A DNA stretch of 64,000 nt from a virus. Where the stretch lies: the IMG/VR virus record IMGVR_UViG_3300037882_003336, positions 14,667 through 78,666 of that record; one strand, given 5' to 3'. Numbering within the stretch: the stretch's first letter is position 1; each line of letters begins with the position of its first letter. Made by a program: the position numbers and the translations under genes. Under the pieces are notes generated by a model, which saw only the letters and a program-made list of their open reading frames with translations, had not been told where the DNA came from and made no database searches. Positions 19,258 to 29,544 of the stretch are shown here, piece after piece.

Positions 19258-21353
19258 AGCTTGGTGGTACGGCGGCGGCTCCGCTCGCGAGCGCTATCGG
19301 GTGGGTCGGGGGTGTCGGTCTTTTTGAAGAGCCGATCTCCAAAGTTGGCCTTCTGGAATGCGGTGTCGCTGCACATGTCGGCAATTGCAGCCAAGTGCTT
19401 GCAAAGGCTGAGTTGTTGCAGTGGATTGGTGCGGACGGGTGGCGCGTTGCCAGCGCCGATCGGCTGTGGTGCTACCCCCTTCTGAGCCAGTGCGTAGTGC
19501 CAACGGTACCGGAAGTCTGGGCAGGTGCACTGGCACTCCACATCCGAAGCGTCAAAGGCGGTCCGCCATGGTTCACCAGCGGTTGCCACCATCGCCATGA
19601 TACCGCGCTTTTTGCGCTTGAACTGAATGAAACCGGATTGCCACTCTCCGGTGGTGCATCGAGTCGTGCGGGTTTTGACGCTGAATCGCAAGGTGGCGAC
19701 ACCATCTGGAGCCCACCGGATACGGGGGCGACCTGTGAAGACGAACCGAGAGTTCTCGCGGCGACCACGCACCGACGGGTCGTACAGCCATACTCCACCC
19801 ACTCGCACCAGACCACCGTGGAGGTACCGACCGTTTGCGCTGGTCAGATCCAGCATACGCTTGAGCGTGACCTCATTGAGTTCCTGTGACTCCCGGAGTT
19901 GGCTCAGCAGGTCCACTTCCGCTCCCGCCTTGAGTTCGGCAGTGAGGTCCACCTTGGTTCCGTCGGGCAGCAGGAGGTCTTTTGGTCCACGTGCCAGCAG
20001 GTGGTAAAACCCGTTCGCCCCGGCACGCTTCAGAGTAGCCGAACCACCATTTTGGAGGTGACGCACCACTCGACCAACCAGGAGTTCGCGGTTGCCCGTG
20101 AGATTGTTCTTGGTGATCGTGGCGACCGTTTGCTGTCTCGGTTGCCAGATTTGGTCGCGCTGTTTCCACGCGTCGATCCGATCGAGCTTGAGCCACGGGA
20201 TGTCGCGGCGTTGGTCATACTGGTTGACAAGGTGGAGGAATCTCACGAGGTTTTCCTCGTCCTTCGGACCCATCTGGGCGAACGCCTGATTGACTTGGAT
20301 CGGGTTGTACAGCATCCCCCTCAGCTGTCCCAACATCTGACCAATCTGGGCAGGCGAATGGAGACTGCCGTTGTCGATGAGCTTCAGCACGTCGTCCAGC
20401 ACGTTGGCACTACTCGGCTGATCGTTGTCCGACAGAAAGTCGCTAGGGTTGAACCACGACAACCCGTTGGTGTCGGCAAACACCGAGAACCACTTGAGGA
20501 CGCGTTGGATGACCTCCTGGGTCTTGGGGTCGCTTTTGCTGGAGATCAGCGCGGCGTTGTAGGAACTGGTGTTGAAAAGCGACTGGAGGATGCCTTGGTC
20601 GATCCCACGGAAGTCGTTGGGGTCGTTCAGGATACCCTGCTGGTACGCCTGCAGGAGGTTGTCCCACTCGGGTCCGTCTTCGAACCGGTCCAAAAAGACC
20701 TTGAGGCCGAAAGTCTGGCTGGAAACAAGGTTCTTGAGACTGTGGAACTGGTAGCAGTCACCCGTGGAGTCCACAAACCCCACCTTCTCCACGTCGTCGG
20801 TCTGCAGCTTGATGTGCTGCGGCTCTTGCACTTTGTTGCCCTCAAGCTCCGACACGAACTCATCCCAGTAGTGCGGGAGTTGACCCTTGCCACCCTTGGT
20901 GCCAAATAGCCCGGTGGACGGGCTGGCCAACACGAAGAAACTCCACTTCTGACCAAACAGGGACGTCTGGAGGCTCTGACACGCCTTCAAGCACTCGTCG
21001 GTGCCGGGTTTGAAGAGCCCTTCCCGAAGCTGGTAGATCATGTCGGGGAGCCACGGCAAGTGACCACCCAGGGCTTTCCAATGCACCACCAGAGGCCACA
21101 CGGGGAGCAGGAGTCCGCGTTGCTGGATCTTCACCTCTTCATTCCCACGCCCCATCCATAGTGTCCGGATGCCGGGTTGATATCGCTCAACCTGATAAGA
21201 TTGGTGAATTGGGAGCTTCACATACGTGTCGCCATCTGGAATCATCCAGTACCCAATCATGGGTCCACTGGCGGATTCTACCAGCCGATGCCTGATCTTA
21301 ACGTTGTCTTCAAGAAGCAGCATTGTATCCCTCGGAAAGCAAGCGGGATACAA
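19254..21353 (-). CDS. Multidomain protein with C-terminal SWIM Zn-finger
   Basis: CQCTCPDFRYRW...LCKHL (CxC...CxH); start may be 21326 (MLLLED). Confidence 0.7.
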   Translation of the reverse strand: MYPACFPRDTMLLLEDNVKIRHRLVESASGPMIGYWMIPDGDTYVKLPIHQSYQVERYQPGIRTLWMGRGNEEVKIQQRGLLLPVWPLVVHWKALGGHLPWLPDMIYQLREGLFKPGTDECLKACQSLQTSLFGQKWSFFVLASPSTGLFGTKGGKGQLPHYWDEFVSELEGNKVQEPQHIKLQTDDVEKVGFVDSTGDCYQFHSLKNLVSSQTFGLKVFLDRFEDGPEWDNLLQAYQQGILNDPNDFRGIDQGILQSLFNTSSYNAALISSKSDPKTQEVIQRVLKWFSVFADTNGLSWFNPSDFLSDNDQPSSANVLDDVLKLIDNGSLHSPAQIGQMLGQLRGMLYNPIQVNQAFAQMGPKDEENLVRFLHLVNQYDQRRDIPWLKLDRIDAWKQRDQIWQPRQQTVATITKNNLTGNRELLVGRVVRHLQNGGSATLKRAGANGFYHLLARGPKDLLLPDGTKVDLTAELKAGAEVDLLSQLRESQELNEVTLKRMLDLTSANGRYLHGGLVRVGGVWLYDPSVRGRRENSRFVFTGRPRIRWAPDGVATLRFSVKTRTTRCTTGEWQSGFIQFKRKKRGIMAMVATAGEPWRTAFDASDVECQCTCPDFRYRWHYALAQKGVAPQPIGAGNAPPVRTNPLQQLSLCKHLAAIADMCSDTAFQKANFGDRLFKKTDTPDPPDSARERSRRRTTKL

Positions 21354-22323
21354 CCAGTTCGGCGGACTCTACCCGCAAAGTGCGCCGACACCAACGCAGA
21401 ACGTGCCGTTCGACGGCTTCATTCGAAAAGTGGTTGACGGCAGCTTCGCCAATCGCGGCAGCTGGATCGGAATGCCCATCCAGATTGGCGGCTTCCTGAT
21501 GAAGCGCGTGGGCGTCTTGCCGACCGTAGGTGCTGTTCAGATAGTTGACGATAGTCTGCTCGTCCAAGCCCTGAGAGCCGTCGTTGCAGAACACGTTCAC
21601 CACCTTTTTCATGACGTACCGGGCGTCACTGTCGTTCAGCTTGAACAGGGTCTTGATGGAGCCACCGAATCCGAGCCCCGGCTTGAGCAAATACTCACCG
21701 TGGTTGAGCCCCGGATGCGGCTCGACCGATTCTCCGAGCCCTCTGATGTCGGTCTTCACGATAGTCAAGTTGGGGTTGCGACGGCGGAACTGGCGGACCG
21801 CCTCTTTGATGGCCTGTCTCCGGGAACCAGAAAAGCCGTCCAAGGACACCTTGGAGACACCTTTCTGCCCCTTGGCGGTTACCCAACCGATTTTGGCGCA
21901 GGCGCTCTCCTTGATACCGGACACAAAGTCGGGGCTATCGGAACTGAAATAGCGCGGCGAACCGGGTTCGACCTCACCGTCTCCGGCCTGCTGGGGTTGT
22001 TGTGAACCACCGTCGGCATCGAGAAGCTGGTAGAACAGGTACGGCATCTGGTCGAGGAACCGGTTGAGTTCCTTGACGACAGTTTCAAGCGGACCTTGGA
22101 AGTGCGCGTCAGACTCTCCCTCAATCTCCGCGTAAACGTCACCCGGCGAATCAGCGGGTGGCTGAATCTTCACCATGATGTCGCGGAACCCCTGACCTTC
22201 CTTGGAAAAGCACCGGACTTGGTGGTTCAGCTGGCTGGTGCTTTCGAGATCACGCGGCGAGAACACCGACTTGCGAGCGGTGGCGCAGGCATCTCGGCAT
22301 TGCTGCACGGTGAAAAGTGACAT
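21310..22323 (-). CDS. Hypothetical protein
   Basis: 337 aa ORF in the operon, phage-like codon usage. Confidence 0.65.
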   Translation of the reverse strand: MSLFTVQQCRDACATARKSVFSPRDLESTSQLNHQVRCFSKEGQGFRDIMVKIQPPADSPGDVYAEIEGESDAHFQGPLETVVKELNRFLDQMPYLFYQLLDADGGSQQPQQAGDGEVEPGSPRYFSSDSPDFVSGIKESACAKIGWVTAKGQKGVSKVSLDGFSGSRRQAIKEAVRQFRRRNPNLTIVKTDIRGLGESVEPHPGLNHGEYLLKPGLGFGGSIKTLFKLNDSDARYVMKKVVNVFCNDGSQGLDEQTIVNYLNSTYGRQDAHALHQEAANLDGHSDPAAAIGEAAVNHFSNEAVERHVLRWCRRTLRVESAELVVSRLLSEGYNAAS

Positions 22324-23243
22324 CAGATAGGGCGCGAGAGGGCTTCGTTGATGTTGGCAACGGTGCGATTGCGGAGCTTGGACCCGGTGTCATCCGTGGT
22401 CGTCTTCTCGTGGTCGTCCTGTTCCTTCTTGTTGAAGTCGTCGTTCTTGAGGAACAGCCACTCGTTGGACCCCAACACGCCGTCTGGCGATGGCTTGAGG
22501 CCGCGCTTGACCAGCACATATCCGAGCTTGTCGGTGATACGGGTCACCCAGTCGGTGACACCCTGGAATTCGCGGGCCATCTTGTCGCAATCGGCAGCGC
22601 CAAGCGTCAGATAGACGCCGTTGCTGAGGCCGCGCCATTCGAGCGGCTTGACACCACACTCCCGGCTGAAAGCCTTGATGAAGGCGGCGTGGTCCCATGG
22701 GTCCTCGTCCCGCTCACCGGCTTTGGCGACCGAACTTGCCTTGCTGAAAGCCTTTGGCTTCTCCTGTTTCAGCTTGTGCTGGTTGGTCTCTTCCCAGAGT
22801 GTTTGCAGGGTGACTCGGACCACCGATTCGTCGAGGTTCCCTTGCTGGGTGGCCTTGAGAATGCGCTTGGCGGCGGCAGCTTGGCGCACCACGATGGTCT
22901 CCAAGAGGTTCGTGGGATTCTTGCGGAAGAAGCGGAGCAGGTGTCCGGACTCTTGGCAATATTGGCGGGTGAGTGACCGGCTGGAACGCACCAGATGGCG
23001 ACGGAGGGATTCAATCGACCCAACGGCTTCGTTGATCGCGGCCAAGTGGGTTTTAGCGGCTTCCTCATTGACCACGTTGCCCCACGCTTCCAGAGCTTCC
23101 GGGTTTTCCTGTTCCATGAGTTGCGCAAGCACGCGCTCCTGGTTGTCGGACTCGCTCAGATAGTCGAGGCGACCGGGGGCCGACAAGATAGCCCAGGCTA
23201 GTGCTGAGATTGGAGTCTCAGAGATGGAGAAGTTGGGCGGCAT
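22323..23243 (-). CDS. Hypothetical protein
   Basis: 306 aa; TGATG/TAATG coupling to neighbours. Confidence 0.65.
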   Translation of the reverse strand: MPPNFSISETPISALAWAILSAPGRLDYLSESDNQERVLAQLMEQENPEALEAWGNVVNEEAAKTHLAAINEAVGSIESLRRHLVRSSRSLTRQYCQESGHLLRFFRKNPTNLLETIVVRQAAAAKRILKATQQGNLDESVVRVTLQTLWEETNQHKLKQEKPKAFSKASSVAKAGERDEDPWDHAAFIKAFSRECGVKPLEWRGLSNGVYLTLGAADCDKMAREFQGVTDWVTRITDKLGYVLVKRGLKPSPDGVLGSNEWLFLKNDDFNKKEQDDHEKTTTDDTGSKLRNRTVANINEALSRPI

Positions 23244-23614
23244 TACGCGGTTGGGTAGGGGTAGATGGTGAAGGCTTCCGCTGGATCGTCGGCGAACGAA
23301 GAGTGGAGGGACACTTCAATGGAGCCATCCACGCCCAGTATGACGAGGCGAAGCTGCACAGAACTCGTGATTTTGGCGTTGTGAATCGCGTTAGCAGCGA
23401 GTTCAAAGTTGGTGACGGTGTCTTCCCCGACCGTGAACGTCTTGTCGGTCCAAGTGGCTCCACCGTTGGACGACTCTTGGTACTTGTAGGTGATCGCACT
23501 ACCCGACTGGGAGCGCAACGAGATCAGCACCCCGGATGGATCGGGAGCAATCCAGACGACGACGGGCGTGAGCGTTGTCGGCACGTCCTTGATGAAGCTG
23601 CGCGTTGTGACCAT
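23243..23614 (-). CDS. Small beta-sandwich-like protein, probably virion-associated
   Basis: 123 aa, beta-rich composition. Confidence 0.55.
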   Translation of the reverse strand: MVTTRSFIKDVPTTLTPVVVWIAPDPSGVLISLRSQSGSAITYKYQESSNGGATWTDKTFTVGEDTVTNFELAANAIHNAKITSSVQLRLVILGVDGSIEVSLHSSFADDPAEAFTIYPYPTA

Positions 23615-23635
23615 GACAATAAGTAGGAGACGGAA

Positions 23636-24187
23636 CTACCCGCCCACTTGATAGAACTTGCTGGCGATTGCCTCACTTGTAATCCAGTTGGAGTCCGCGA
23701 CCACGTCAACCAGTTTGCCGTCGTAGGATGGCAGCATCCGGAACACCCCCGAGAAGGTGGCAACGATTGGCACCATTACCCCACCCTCCAGAGTGAACGG
23801 CTTTTGTCCGATCGCTGACCCAGTGAGCAAAATACCCTTGGTGTTGACGGAGTTAGACAGGATGAGACGCCCAGGTTTGGGTGGCCCCAGCACACCCTGT
23901 TCCGTGCCTTGGGTCGGCGCTACCAGCTGGTGAAGCGTGATCATGTGCTGACGGAGCGTCGCCGTATCCTTGACGGTCACGCCAGCAGCCAGCGTGAAGC
24001 GGAACGGAAACTCCATCATGCGAGTGCCCCGGTAGTACAGGGCACTCTGCGTTGCGATGCTGGAGACGTTTTCGCTCCAATCGGCTTCGCGGGACAGTTC
24101 GATCTGGTCCATCCCGAAAATCGGGATCATGCGATCGGACGACGAACCGTCAAGTCCTATGTAGCCTTGTGGGATAACACTGGTCAC
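23636..24187 (-). CDS. Tail tube initiator / baseplate hub-like protein
   Basis: IELSREADW...LYYRGT..EFPFRFTL...PP..LIL...GIL...P..AT pattern resembles contractile-tail tube-initiator folds; lies near the tail tube gene. Confidence 0.55.
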   Translation of the reverse strand: MTSVIPQGYIGLDGSSSDRMIPIFGMDQIELSREADWSENVSSIATQSALYYRGTRMMEFPFRFTLAAGVTVKDTATLRQHMITLHQLVAPTQGTEQGVLGPPKPGRLILSNSVNTKGILLTGSAIGQKPFTLEGGVMVPIVATFSGVFRMLPSYDGKLVDVVADSNWITSEAIASKFYQVGG

Positions 24188-24213
24188 CCCAATAAAAAGC
24201 GCCTACGGCGGCT

Positions 24214-24651
24214 CTACTCGTCGATCCTCTCGAAATAATCCCGCGACACCGATTGATCACCGGTCTGGATCGCGGCAATCACTGCCTTCACTCGGTCCAT
24301 CGGTAGGTTGTGTTCGGTACCCCAGTTTGATGGGTCCATGTCCTGTACGGAGCACAACCGATAGCTGTCGCAGGTCACCGAGTCGTCACCTTCACCGCTT
24401 TCCTCGTCGTACGCGCTGTCTTCCCCTCCCCTCCAGTATACCCCGAGAAGATAGCCACCAAGGTCTTCAATGTCAAACCGCCACAGTTCGTCCCCCTCTT
24501 CCACTGACGTGTTTGGAGGCAACAAGGCGAACGCACCCCAATAAGAGTCGGCCCTCTCGTATCCAAGGTCCCACAGCGCCCAGTCTTTCAGGTCAGTCGC
24601 TTCAGTGAGTGGGAAGAGAGTTTCTTCGATCCGTTTGGTGAGGTTGCTCAT
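24214..24651 (-). CDS. Acidic hypothetical protein with leader MSNLTKRIEET
   Basis: 145 aa, third gene of the P2 unit. Confidence 0.6.
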   Translation of the reverse strand: MSNLTKRIEETLFPLTEATDLKDWALWDLGYERADSYWGAFALLPPNTSVEEGDELWRFDIEDLGGYLLGVYWRGGEDSAYDEESGEGDDSVTCDSYRLCSVQDMDPSNWGTEHNLPMDRVKAVIAAIQTGDQSVSRDYFERIDE

Positions 24652-24657
24652 GGCGAT

Positions 24658-24999
24658 TTACGACAGATACCGCTTCAGTTCGTCCAGCGCCTCTTGGAAA
24701 GAGGCCGTATCGGTGAGGTCGATGAACGCCTCAGCCTCACCTTCAAGTTCTTCGGCCCGCAGTTGCGTGGCTTGGTCAATGCTGTTGTTGGCAGCGATCG
24801 AGTCACCCAAGGCAGGAATAACGTCGTTGAACTTCTCACCTGCGATGAGCTTTTCAAGCACCGATGTCACGACGGACGGCTTGGCCTGCCAGATGACTGT
24901 CTTGGAAACCCCAAACGCAACGGCGAGCAGGATGTCTTCCTCAGGTGCAACGGCTTCGGGTGATCCAAGGGTTTCGGTGATTTTGGAGATAAGGCTCAT
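24658..24999 (-). CDS. Hypothetical protein with leader MSLISKITET
   Basis: Start reassigned to 24999, just after the upstream stop. Confidence 0.6.
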   Translation of the reverse strand: MSLISKITETLGSPEAVAPEEDILLAVAFGVSKTVIWQAKPSVVTSVLEKLIAGEKFNDVIPALGDSIAANNSIDQATQLRAEELEGEAEAFIDLTDTASFQEALDELKRYLS

Positions 25000-25001
25000 G
25001 G

Positions 25002-25391
25002 TCAGATGTGTTTGAGTGCGGCTTCCCACTCGCTCACAAGCAGAGAAATCGAGTAGGCTTGGACATTCCCGTAGTTGGTCTGCTCGTTGTTTGGGTCTCC
25101 TTTCAGCATCCCGATGACGAGACGGCGGAAGTTGGTGGGGAACTCAAACTGGTACGACAGCGGGGCGAGGTGGTTTGGTCCGCGTTCCGGGGTGATCCAT
25201 GCCTGAATGTACCCATTGGCCCGCTGAGTGGTCACACCGCGCACCCGGAGCTTGGCTGATGGAATGCGGAATGCGTGGGACAGCCTCCGCTTCAGTTCGA
25301 CCGTAGAGATCTGGGCGGGGGCGGCTGGCACAGCCTCTGGTGCTGGCACGTCCGCCTCAAGCTCTTCGGTGATTCTGGTGGTGAGGCTCAT
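25002..25391 (-). CDS. Hypothetical protein with leader MSLTTRITEE
   Basis: First gene behind promoter P2. Confidence 0.65.
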   Translation of the reverse strand: MSLTTRITEELEADVPAPEAVPAAPAQISTVELKRRLSHAFRIPSAKLRVRGVTTQRANGYIQAWITPERGPNHLAPLSYQFEFPTNFRRLVIGMLKGDPNNEQTNYGNVQAYSISLLVSEWEAALKHI

Positions 25392-25396
25392 GGCGA

Positions 25397-25425
25397 ACTA
25401 TAACACGAGACTTGAAGCTTGTCAA
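25397..25425 (-). promoter_or_regulatory. Sigma70-type promoter P2 (leaderless)
   Basis: TTGACA-17-TATAGT, extended TG, ATG 5 nt downstream. Confidence 0.88.
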
Positions 25426-25436
25426 GTCAACCGCTG

Positions 25437-26030
25437 TTAGCGGTACATCCGGCGCGGAACCGCAATGTCAACGCTCATTTCCAAGCGGATCATGCTGTTA
25501 TCGTCGGAGTCGTGGTCGAGGTCGTCGTAGTCGAGCACCGTTGGCCACACGCCCTGCAGATCCCATACCCGGTCGTTGTATGGCTCAAGGCCAACCGCAC
25601 CGGGGAACCCGTTCACCACTGGAGCGCCCGGAGGGAGCAACATGAGTTCGGCGGTCTTCTTGTAGTTGCCGACGAAGTTGATGCCGCCAGTGGCCGGATT
25701 GAAGACGGTCCGCTTCCAGTCCGACAGGACACCCAGGATGTCGTTGTCAAGGTAGTCGTGGAAGGAGAGGGCGACGTTGCTTTGCGGCTCCAAGGAACCC
25801 GCGAAAAACACCGTTTGGTTGAAATATTTGATGCCCTTCTTCGACAGTTGGACTGGCGGAATCTTGGCGGATTTGAGCGAAAGGACCAAACGTTCCGTTT
25901 GTCCAAGGCCCGCGATGACCAAAGCGAAGTTGGCTTTGACTTGCGGGGTGTAAGATCCCGCTTGAGCCATCAAGCTGTGACCAGCAAAGTTGGAGATGAT
26001 CATTGGTGTAAGAGGCGACGAGCCTTGCAC
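25437..26030 (-). CDS. Tail tube protein (T4 gp19-like)
   Basis: KSAKIP...IKYFNQTVFFAG...W...VFNPATG...YKK...WDLQGVWPT.LDYDDLD pattern typical of myovirus tail tubes; start GTG 26030 or ATG 26003. Confidence 0.85.
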   Translation of the reverse strand: MQGSSPLTPMIISNFAGHSLMAQAGSYTPQVKANFALVIAGLGQTERLVLSLKSAKIPPVQLSKKGIKYFNQTVFFAGSLEPQSNVALSFHDYLDNDILGVLSDWKRTVFNPATGGINFVGNYKKTAELMLLPPGAPVVNGFPGAVGLEPYNDRVWDLQGVWPTVLDYDDLDHDSDDNSMIRLEMSVDIAVPRRMYR

Positions 26031-26061
26031 CAATAGATAGGGGTCTCGATGTGCGCACGTC

Positions 26062-26361
26062 TTAGAAGACGATGGACGTGTGTCTGAGTCCCTTCCACGC
26101 TTCCAGTTTGGCAACGATCCCAGAGCAGGTCTTCGGCTTCACATGCCCAGCCTCACCACCCTCCAACACGGAATACGCTGACCAGACAAAGTCTCTGGCG
26201 AAGTCCAACAAGTCTTCTGGTGGTTCAGAGTCCACGAAGGTCACCATCTGAATAGCATGCAGGATGTTGAGATACGCCAGTGGTCTGGGCACTATGCCGA
26301 CCAAAACCGCCTTTGCCAGAGTCCTAAAAGCCTGGATCTTTAGAGCGTCTTCGTGCTTCAT
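26062..26361 (-). CDS. Hypothetical protein
   Basis: 99 aa ORF in an otherwise empty gap. Confidence 0.5.
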   Translation of the reverse strand: MKHEDALKIQAFRTLAKAVLVGIVPRPLAYLNILHAIQMVTFVDSEPPEDLLDFARDFVWSAYSVLEGGEAGHVKPKTCSGIVAKLEAWKGLRHTSIVF

Positions 26362-26394
26362 ACAAACCGACAGAAATCCTAGGGTTCTTACCGA

Positions 26395-27162
26395 ATGATG
26401 ACTGAGCTACTCCCGTCCATTCAAACCACCGCTTTCAAGTTCCGCGAATCTTTGCTTGAACTGGCGGAGGAAAATAAAGAGGCGGACGTGCTTTGGTGTA
26501 GTTATGGAGCCTCCCGAGTCTGGACTACCAATCTTCTGCGAGAACTTCACAAGACGGTGCCAAAGATGAGGCTTCGGTTACTGATTGGCATGGGGGTCTT
26601 TAAAGATTGCGGACACGGCGGAAACTGGTACCGAATTGACTACAGTGAGAAAGATCACTGGAAGAGCGTCGCCACCCAATATGGTCGCAGGATGATCTTC
26701 AATGGCGTCAACAAACTGTGGAGCATCAGTGACCCGGAACCAAATCTGGAGAAGATACTGAAAAGCAAACTGGTTGTCCTTTCGTCGTGCCCAAGCTGTT
26801 TGGAGATCTGGAAAGACAAGGTGAAGGTACCACGGGATTTGGCGGTGGAGTTCCCATGGGTGGCCATCAGGACATCACAAAAGACCCACCTGAAAGCCTA
26901 CCTGTGGAATCAAAACCACGTGATCACGGGGCTATTCGGGTCTAGGAACCTTGGCGACTCAGAGTGGTCCGATATTACCACCAAGGTGGGTGGCCATCTC
27001 GCCGGAGACCTGTGGGTGGAAATGGAAAAGACTTGGAAAGGCGGGGTCAGCGCCGGGAAGATGTTTGAAGACCTTACCCGACCCCGTCAGGCTAGCCGCT
27101 CCGCTGAGTGGCTGGATGACCACTTGGATTACGGGTGGGGTCCGGGAGAAGATCCGCACTGA
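26395..27162 (+). CDS. Phospholipase D-superfamily nuclease (single HxK motif)
   Basis: THLKAYLW...FGSRNL matches HxK...GSxN; Cys-containing insertion. Confidence 0.7.
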   Translation: MMTELLPSIQTTAFKFRESLLELAEENKEADVLWCSYGASRVWTTNLLRELHKTVPKMRLRLLIGMGVFKDCGHGGNWYRIDYSEKDHWKSVATQYGRRMIFNGVNKLWSISDPEPNLEKILKSKLVVLSSCPSCLEIWKDKVKVPRDLAVEFPWVAIRTSQKTHLKAYLWNQNHVITGLFGSRNLGDSEWSDITTKVGGHLAGDLWVEMEKTWKGGVSAGKMFEDLTRPRQASRSAEWLDDHLDYGWGPGEDPH

Positions 27163-27163
27163 T

Positions 27164-27403
27164 ATGGACCGAGAACCAACCCCAGGAGACGTGTGGATGA
27201 TCCGTGGTCAGCCCGGATATATCGACAGCATTGACGGCTCCACGCTGTTGATATGCCACGCCAGCCAAGATGGTGACAAGTGGCGACCAGCCAACATTCA
27301 CGAAGTCGGTGCCCACGTACTGTGGCTCGCTGAGATCAGCAAAACCGACTTTGCCAAACTCTCCCAAGAAGGAGAGTTCCTAGGGAACTGGCCAAGGACT
27401 TAG
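27164..27403 (+). CDS. Small hypothetical protein
   Basis: MDREPTPGDVW... starts 1 nt after the PLD stop. Confidence 0.5.
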   Translation: MDREPTPGDVWMIRGQPGYIDSIDGSTLLICHASQDGDKWRPANIHEVGAHVLWLAEISKTDFAKLSQEGEFLGNWPRT

Positions 27404-28992
27404 TCCTGCTCAACCGTCAGGTCGCGACCCCAAGAGAACCGGATCGGGACGGTCAGGCGGTGGAGTTCATCCTTCACCTGGGGCTGTTCGAAATCCCAGA
27501 ACCCTTGGATTCTGGAGGTGCCAGTGATGTGATTCGAAGTCGTCGCGTCTTCCCAGACCGAGATGCCGATTCCTTGGATGTCGTCCGCATTCCCGACGGA
27601 ACTCGTGAAAACGGCTTCGTAGTCCAGGTAGTGGTTGCCAGCGGTGTAGGACGCTGGGGCGAGGGCGGCGTTGGAGGTGGAGGTACGACCGGCGTGGTTC
27701 TCGCCACCAGCCACCGGGAATGACCCCGGTGTAACGTCGGCGTACAAACAGAGGTTGAAGAAACGAGCGGTTCCAGCGGTGCCTTTCCGGCTCGGCTCCA
27801 TAATGGTCGCGTAGTCTTGAGCGCCAGTCACCGACAGGTTGTTGTAAGTGGCGTTATAGCCAGCAGTTCCGGTGCTGAAATTGGCGATGTTCCACCAGAG
27901 CAGCTTGAACGTTGCAACGGTGTTGTTGTACACCGTGCCAACTGCACCAGCGTCAGTCAGGTTGGTGGCATCGGAAATCGTGATGGTATCGGCGGTCACC
28001 GAGTCGATCACATAGTCACCGTCATAGTCAACGGTGCCGTTGATCGTGATGCTGCCTCCCGCCAAATAATGGTGGTTGCCATCGGTCGTCACCACCCACT
28101 CGGTACCATCGCTCGTGACCGACAGGATGCCGTACTCAACAGGCCAACCGGTGATATCGAATGGCTCGGTGACATGGTCGGCACCCAATGCCGAACCGCA
28201 CTTCACGTAGAGTTCGTAACGGACGCGCAATTGTTGCCCGGTCAGGACTTCTTGGTCTGGAACCAGGAAAATCCGGCTCCACAGGTTGTTGCCAGCACCC
28301 GCTTGGCTGGAGAATCCGATTTCCGTGTAGGTCACATCACCCACTTCTTCCGGGAAGTCGAAGGTGCGGCGGAACAGGACGGTGGCGGTGCCGGAGTCAG
28401 CAATATTATCGCAGGAAAGCGTGACAAGATCCGGGTCCGTGTAAACTGCGTAAGTGTTGCTCCGCTGAGTCTCCGTGCCCATCCCGATCTGGTCAACCCG
28501 GTAGATGATTACATCGTCAGCCACCACCGTTTGGGATCGATCCACGGTGACCGTGGTAGCGCTGGTGAATGTGACAACCTTCGCCTCTTCACCGGAATCC
28601 CAGCGAATCAGGCGTCCTTCATCGTTGATCGTGAAGTCCCGCGCACCGGAGGCTCTGGTTACTGTGGTTCCAGCCTGACTGTAAGTGCCGGTCACATCTT
28701 CTTTGGTCACCTCGGTGCCGGTACCACACACCGCATAGGTGAGTTGGTCGCGCCAGCGTTCGGTCGCCAGACGGTCGAGTCCGCTGTCAAGAATGAGGTT
28801 GTTGATCCAGGGACTTTCCTTGACCACGTTCCCGTTTTCCACCACGTAGACCTTGGCACGACCACGCGCCAGAACCGGTGGCGCTTCGAGAAACCTGTGT
28901 CGGGCAGCAGCCGTCGGTTGTTTAAGCGCAGACCGACGACGCACCCTCTTGGGACGTGGAAGAATCGCGGACGGAATTAGCGGCGGAGTCAT
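27400..28992 (-). CDS. Virion tail/baseplate-associated structural protein
   Basis: NNLILDSGL...AVCGTG, F..EVG...TEIG motifs typical of tail collar/fibre-anchor proteins; Thr-rich beta domains. Confidence 0.65.
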   Translation of the reverse strand: MTPPLIPSAILPRPKRVRRRSALKQPTAAARHRFLEAPPVLARGRAKVYVVENGNVVKESPWINNLILDSGLDRLATERWRDQLTYAVCGTGTEVTKEDVTGTYSQAGTTVTRASGARDFTINDEGRLIRWDSGEEAKVVTFTSATTVTVDRSQTVVADDVIIYRVDQIGMGTETQRSNTYAVYTDPDLVTLSCDNIADSGTATVLFRRTFDFPEEVGDVTYTEIGFSSQAGAGNNLWSRIFLVPDQEVLTGQQLRVRYELYVKCGSALGADHVTEPFDITGWPVEYGILSVTSDGTEWVVTTDGNHHYLAGGSITINGTVDYDGDYVIDSVTADTITISDATNLTDAGAVGTVYNNTVATFKLLWWNIANFSTGTAGYNATYNNLSVTGAQDYATIMEPSRKGTAGTARFFNLCLYADVTPGSFPVAGGENHAGRTSTSNAALAPASYTAGNHYLDYEAVFTSSVGNADDIQGIGISVWEDATTSNHITGTSRIQGFWDFEQPQVKDELHRLTVPIRFSWGRDLTVEQD

Positions 28993-29539
28993 CCCGAAAA
29001 GTAGCATTTTTCTGGCGTAGCCTCTCCATAAGAGCTTTGGTCGCTTTACCGTGGCACGGGTGACAAAGGGTCCGGAGGTCTTTCAAACCACATTGTCCAC
29101 CACCCTCCACCACCGGTATCACGTGGTCGCAGTCCCATCCGGTTGATCTGTGTGGCATCCACCCATTCCACTTCGGCCCAATCATCTCTCGCGCCTTACT
29201 CTTCACCTCTTTCCGCCATTTAGCGAACCAGCCTGGGGCTGGTATTCGTTCTATCATGGTCTCGGCAACCTTGAGGGCAGCGCGGTAAACTGCCATGAAC
29301 TCGGTAAACATCTTGGACGCGTCGCACCCACAGCCAGCGCAGATTCCGCGATCCCTCTTCCACACCGCATGACGAGCCACTGAAGGGTTGTTGCGCAACA
29401 TCCACGCATCCACGCACTCCTTGGAGTGCCATGTTCTCCTACCCTTTCCGGGCGGTCTCCCGCACCCGCAACTGCAGAGTGGGGAACCGTCTTCCGCGAA
29501 CTTTTTGGTGGCGTACTGTCCCCTGCTCGTGCTCACCAT
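28922..29539 (-). CDS. HNH endonuclease
   Basis: RDRGICAGCG...WDCDHVIPVVEGGG...LRTLCHPCH. Confidence 0.9.
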   Translation of the reverse strand: MVSTSRGQYATKKFAEDGSPLCSCGCGRPPGKGRRTWHSKECVDAWMLRNNPSVARHAVWKRDRGICAGCGCDASKMFTEFMAVYRAALKVAETMIERIPAPGWFAKWRKEVKSKAREMIGPKWNGWMPHRSTGWDCDHVIPVVEGGGQCGLKDLRTLCHPCHGKATKALMERLRQKNATFRDDSAANSVRDSSTSQEGASSVCA

Positions 29540-29544
29540 AAGAC

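Noticed and set aside
13468-28980. Long plus-strand ORFs such as 13468..14400, 19899..20909, 21226..22005 and 27817..28980
   Set aside because: Antisense shadows of GC-rich minus-strand genes, with no motifs of their own.
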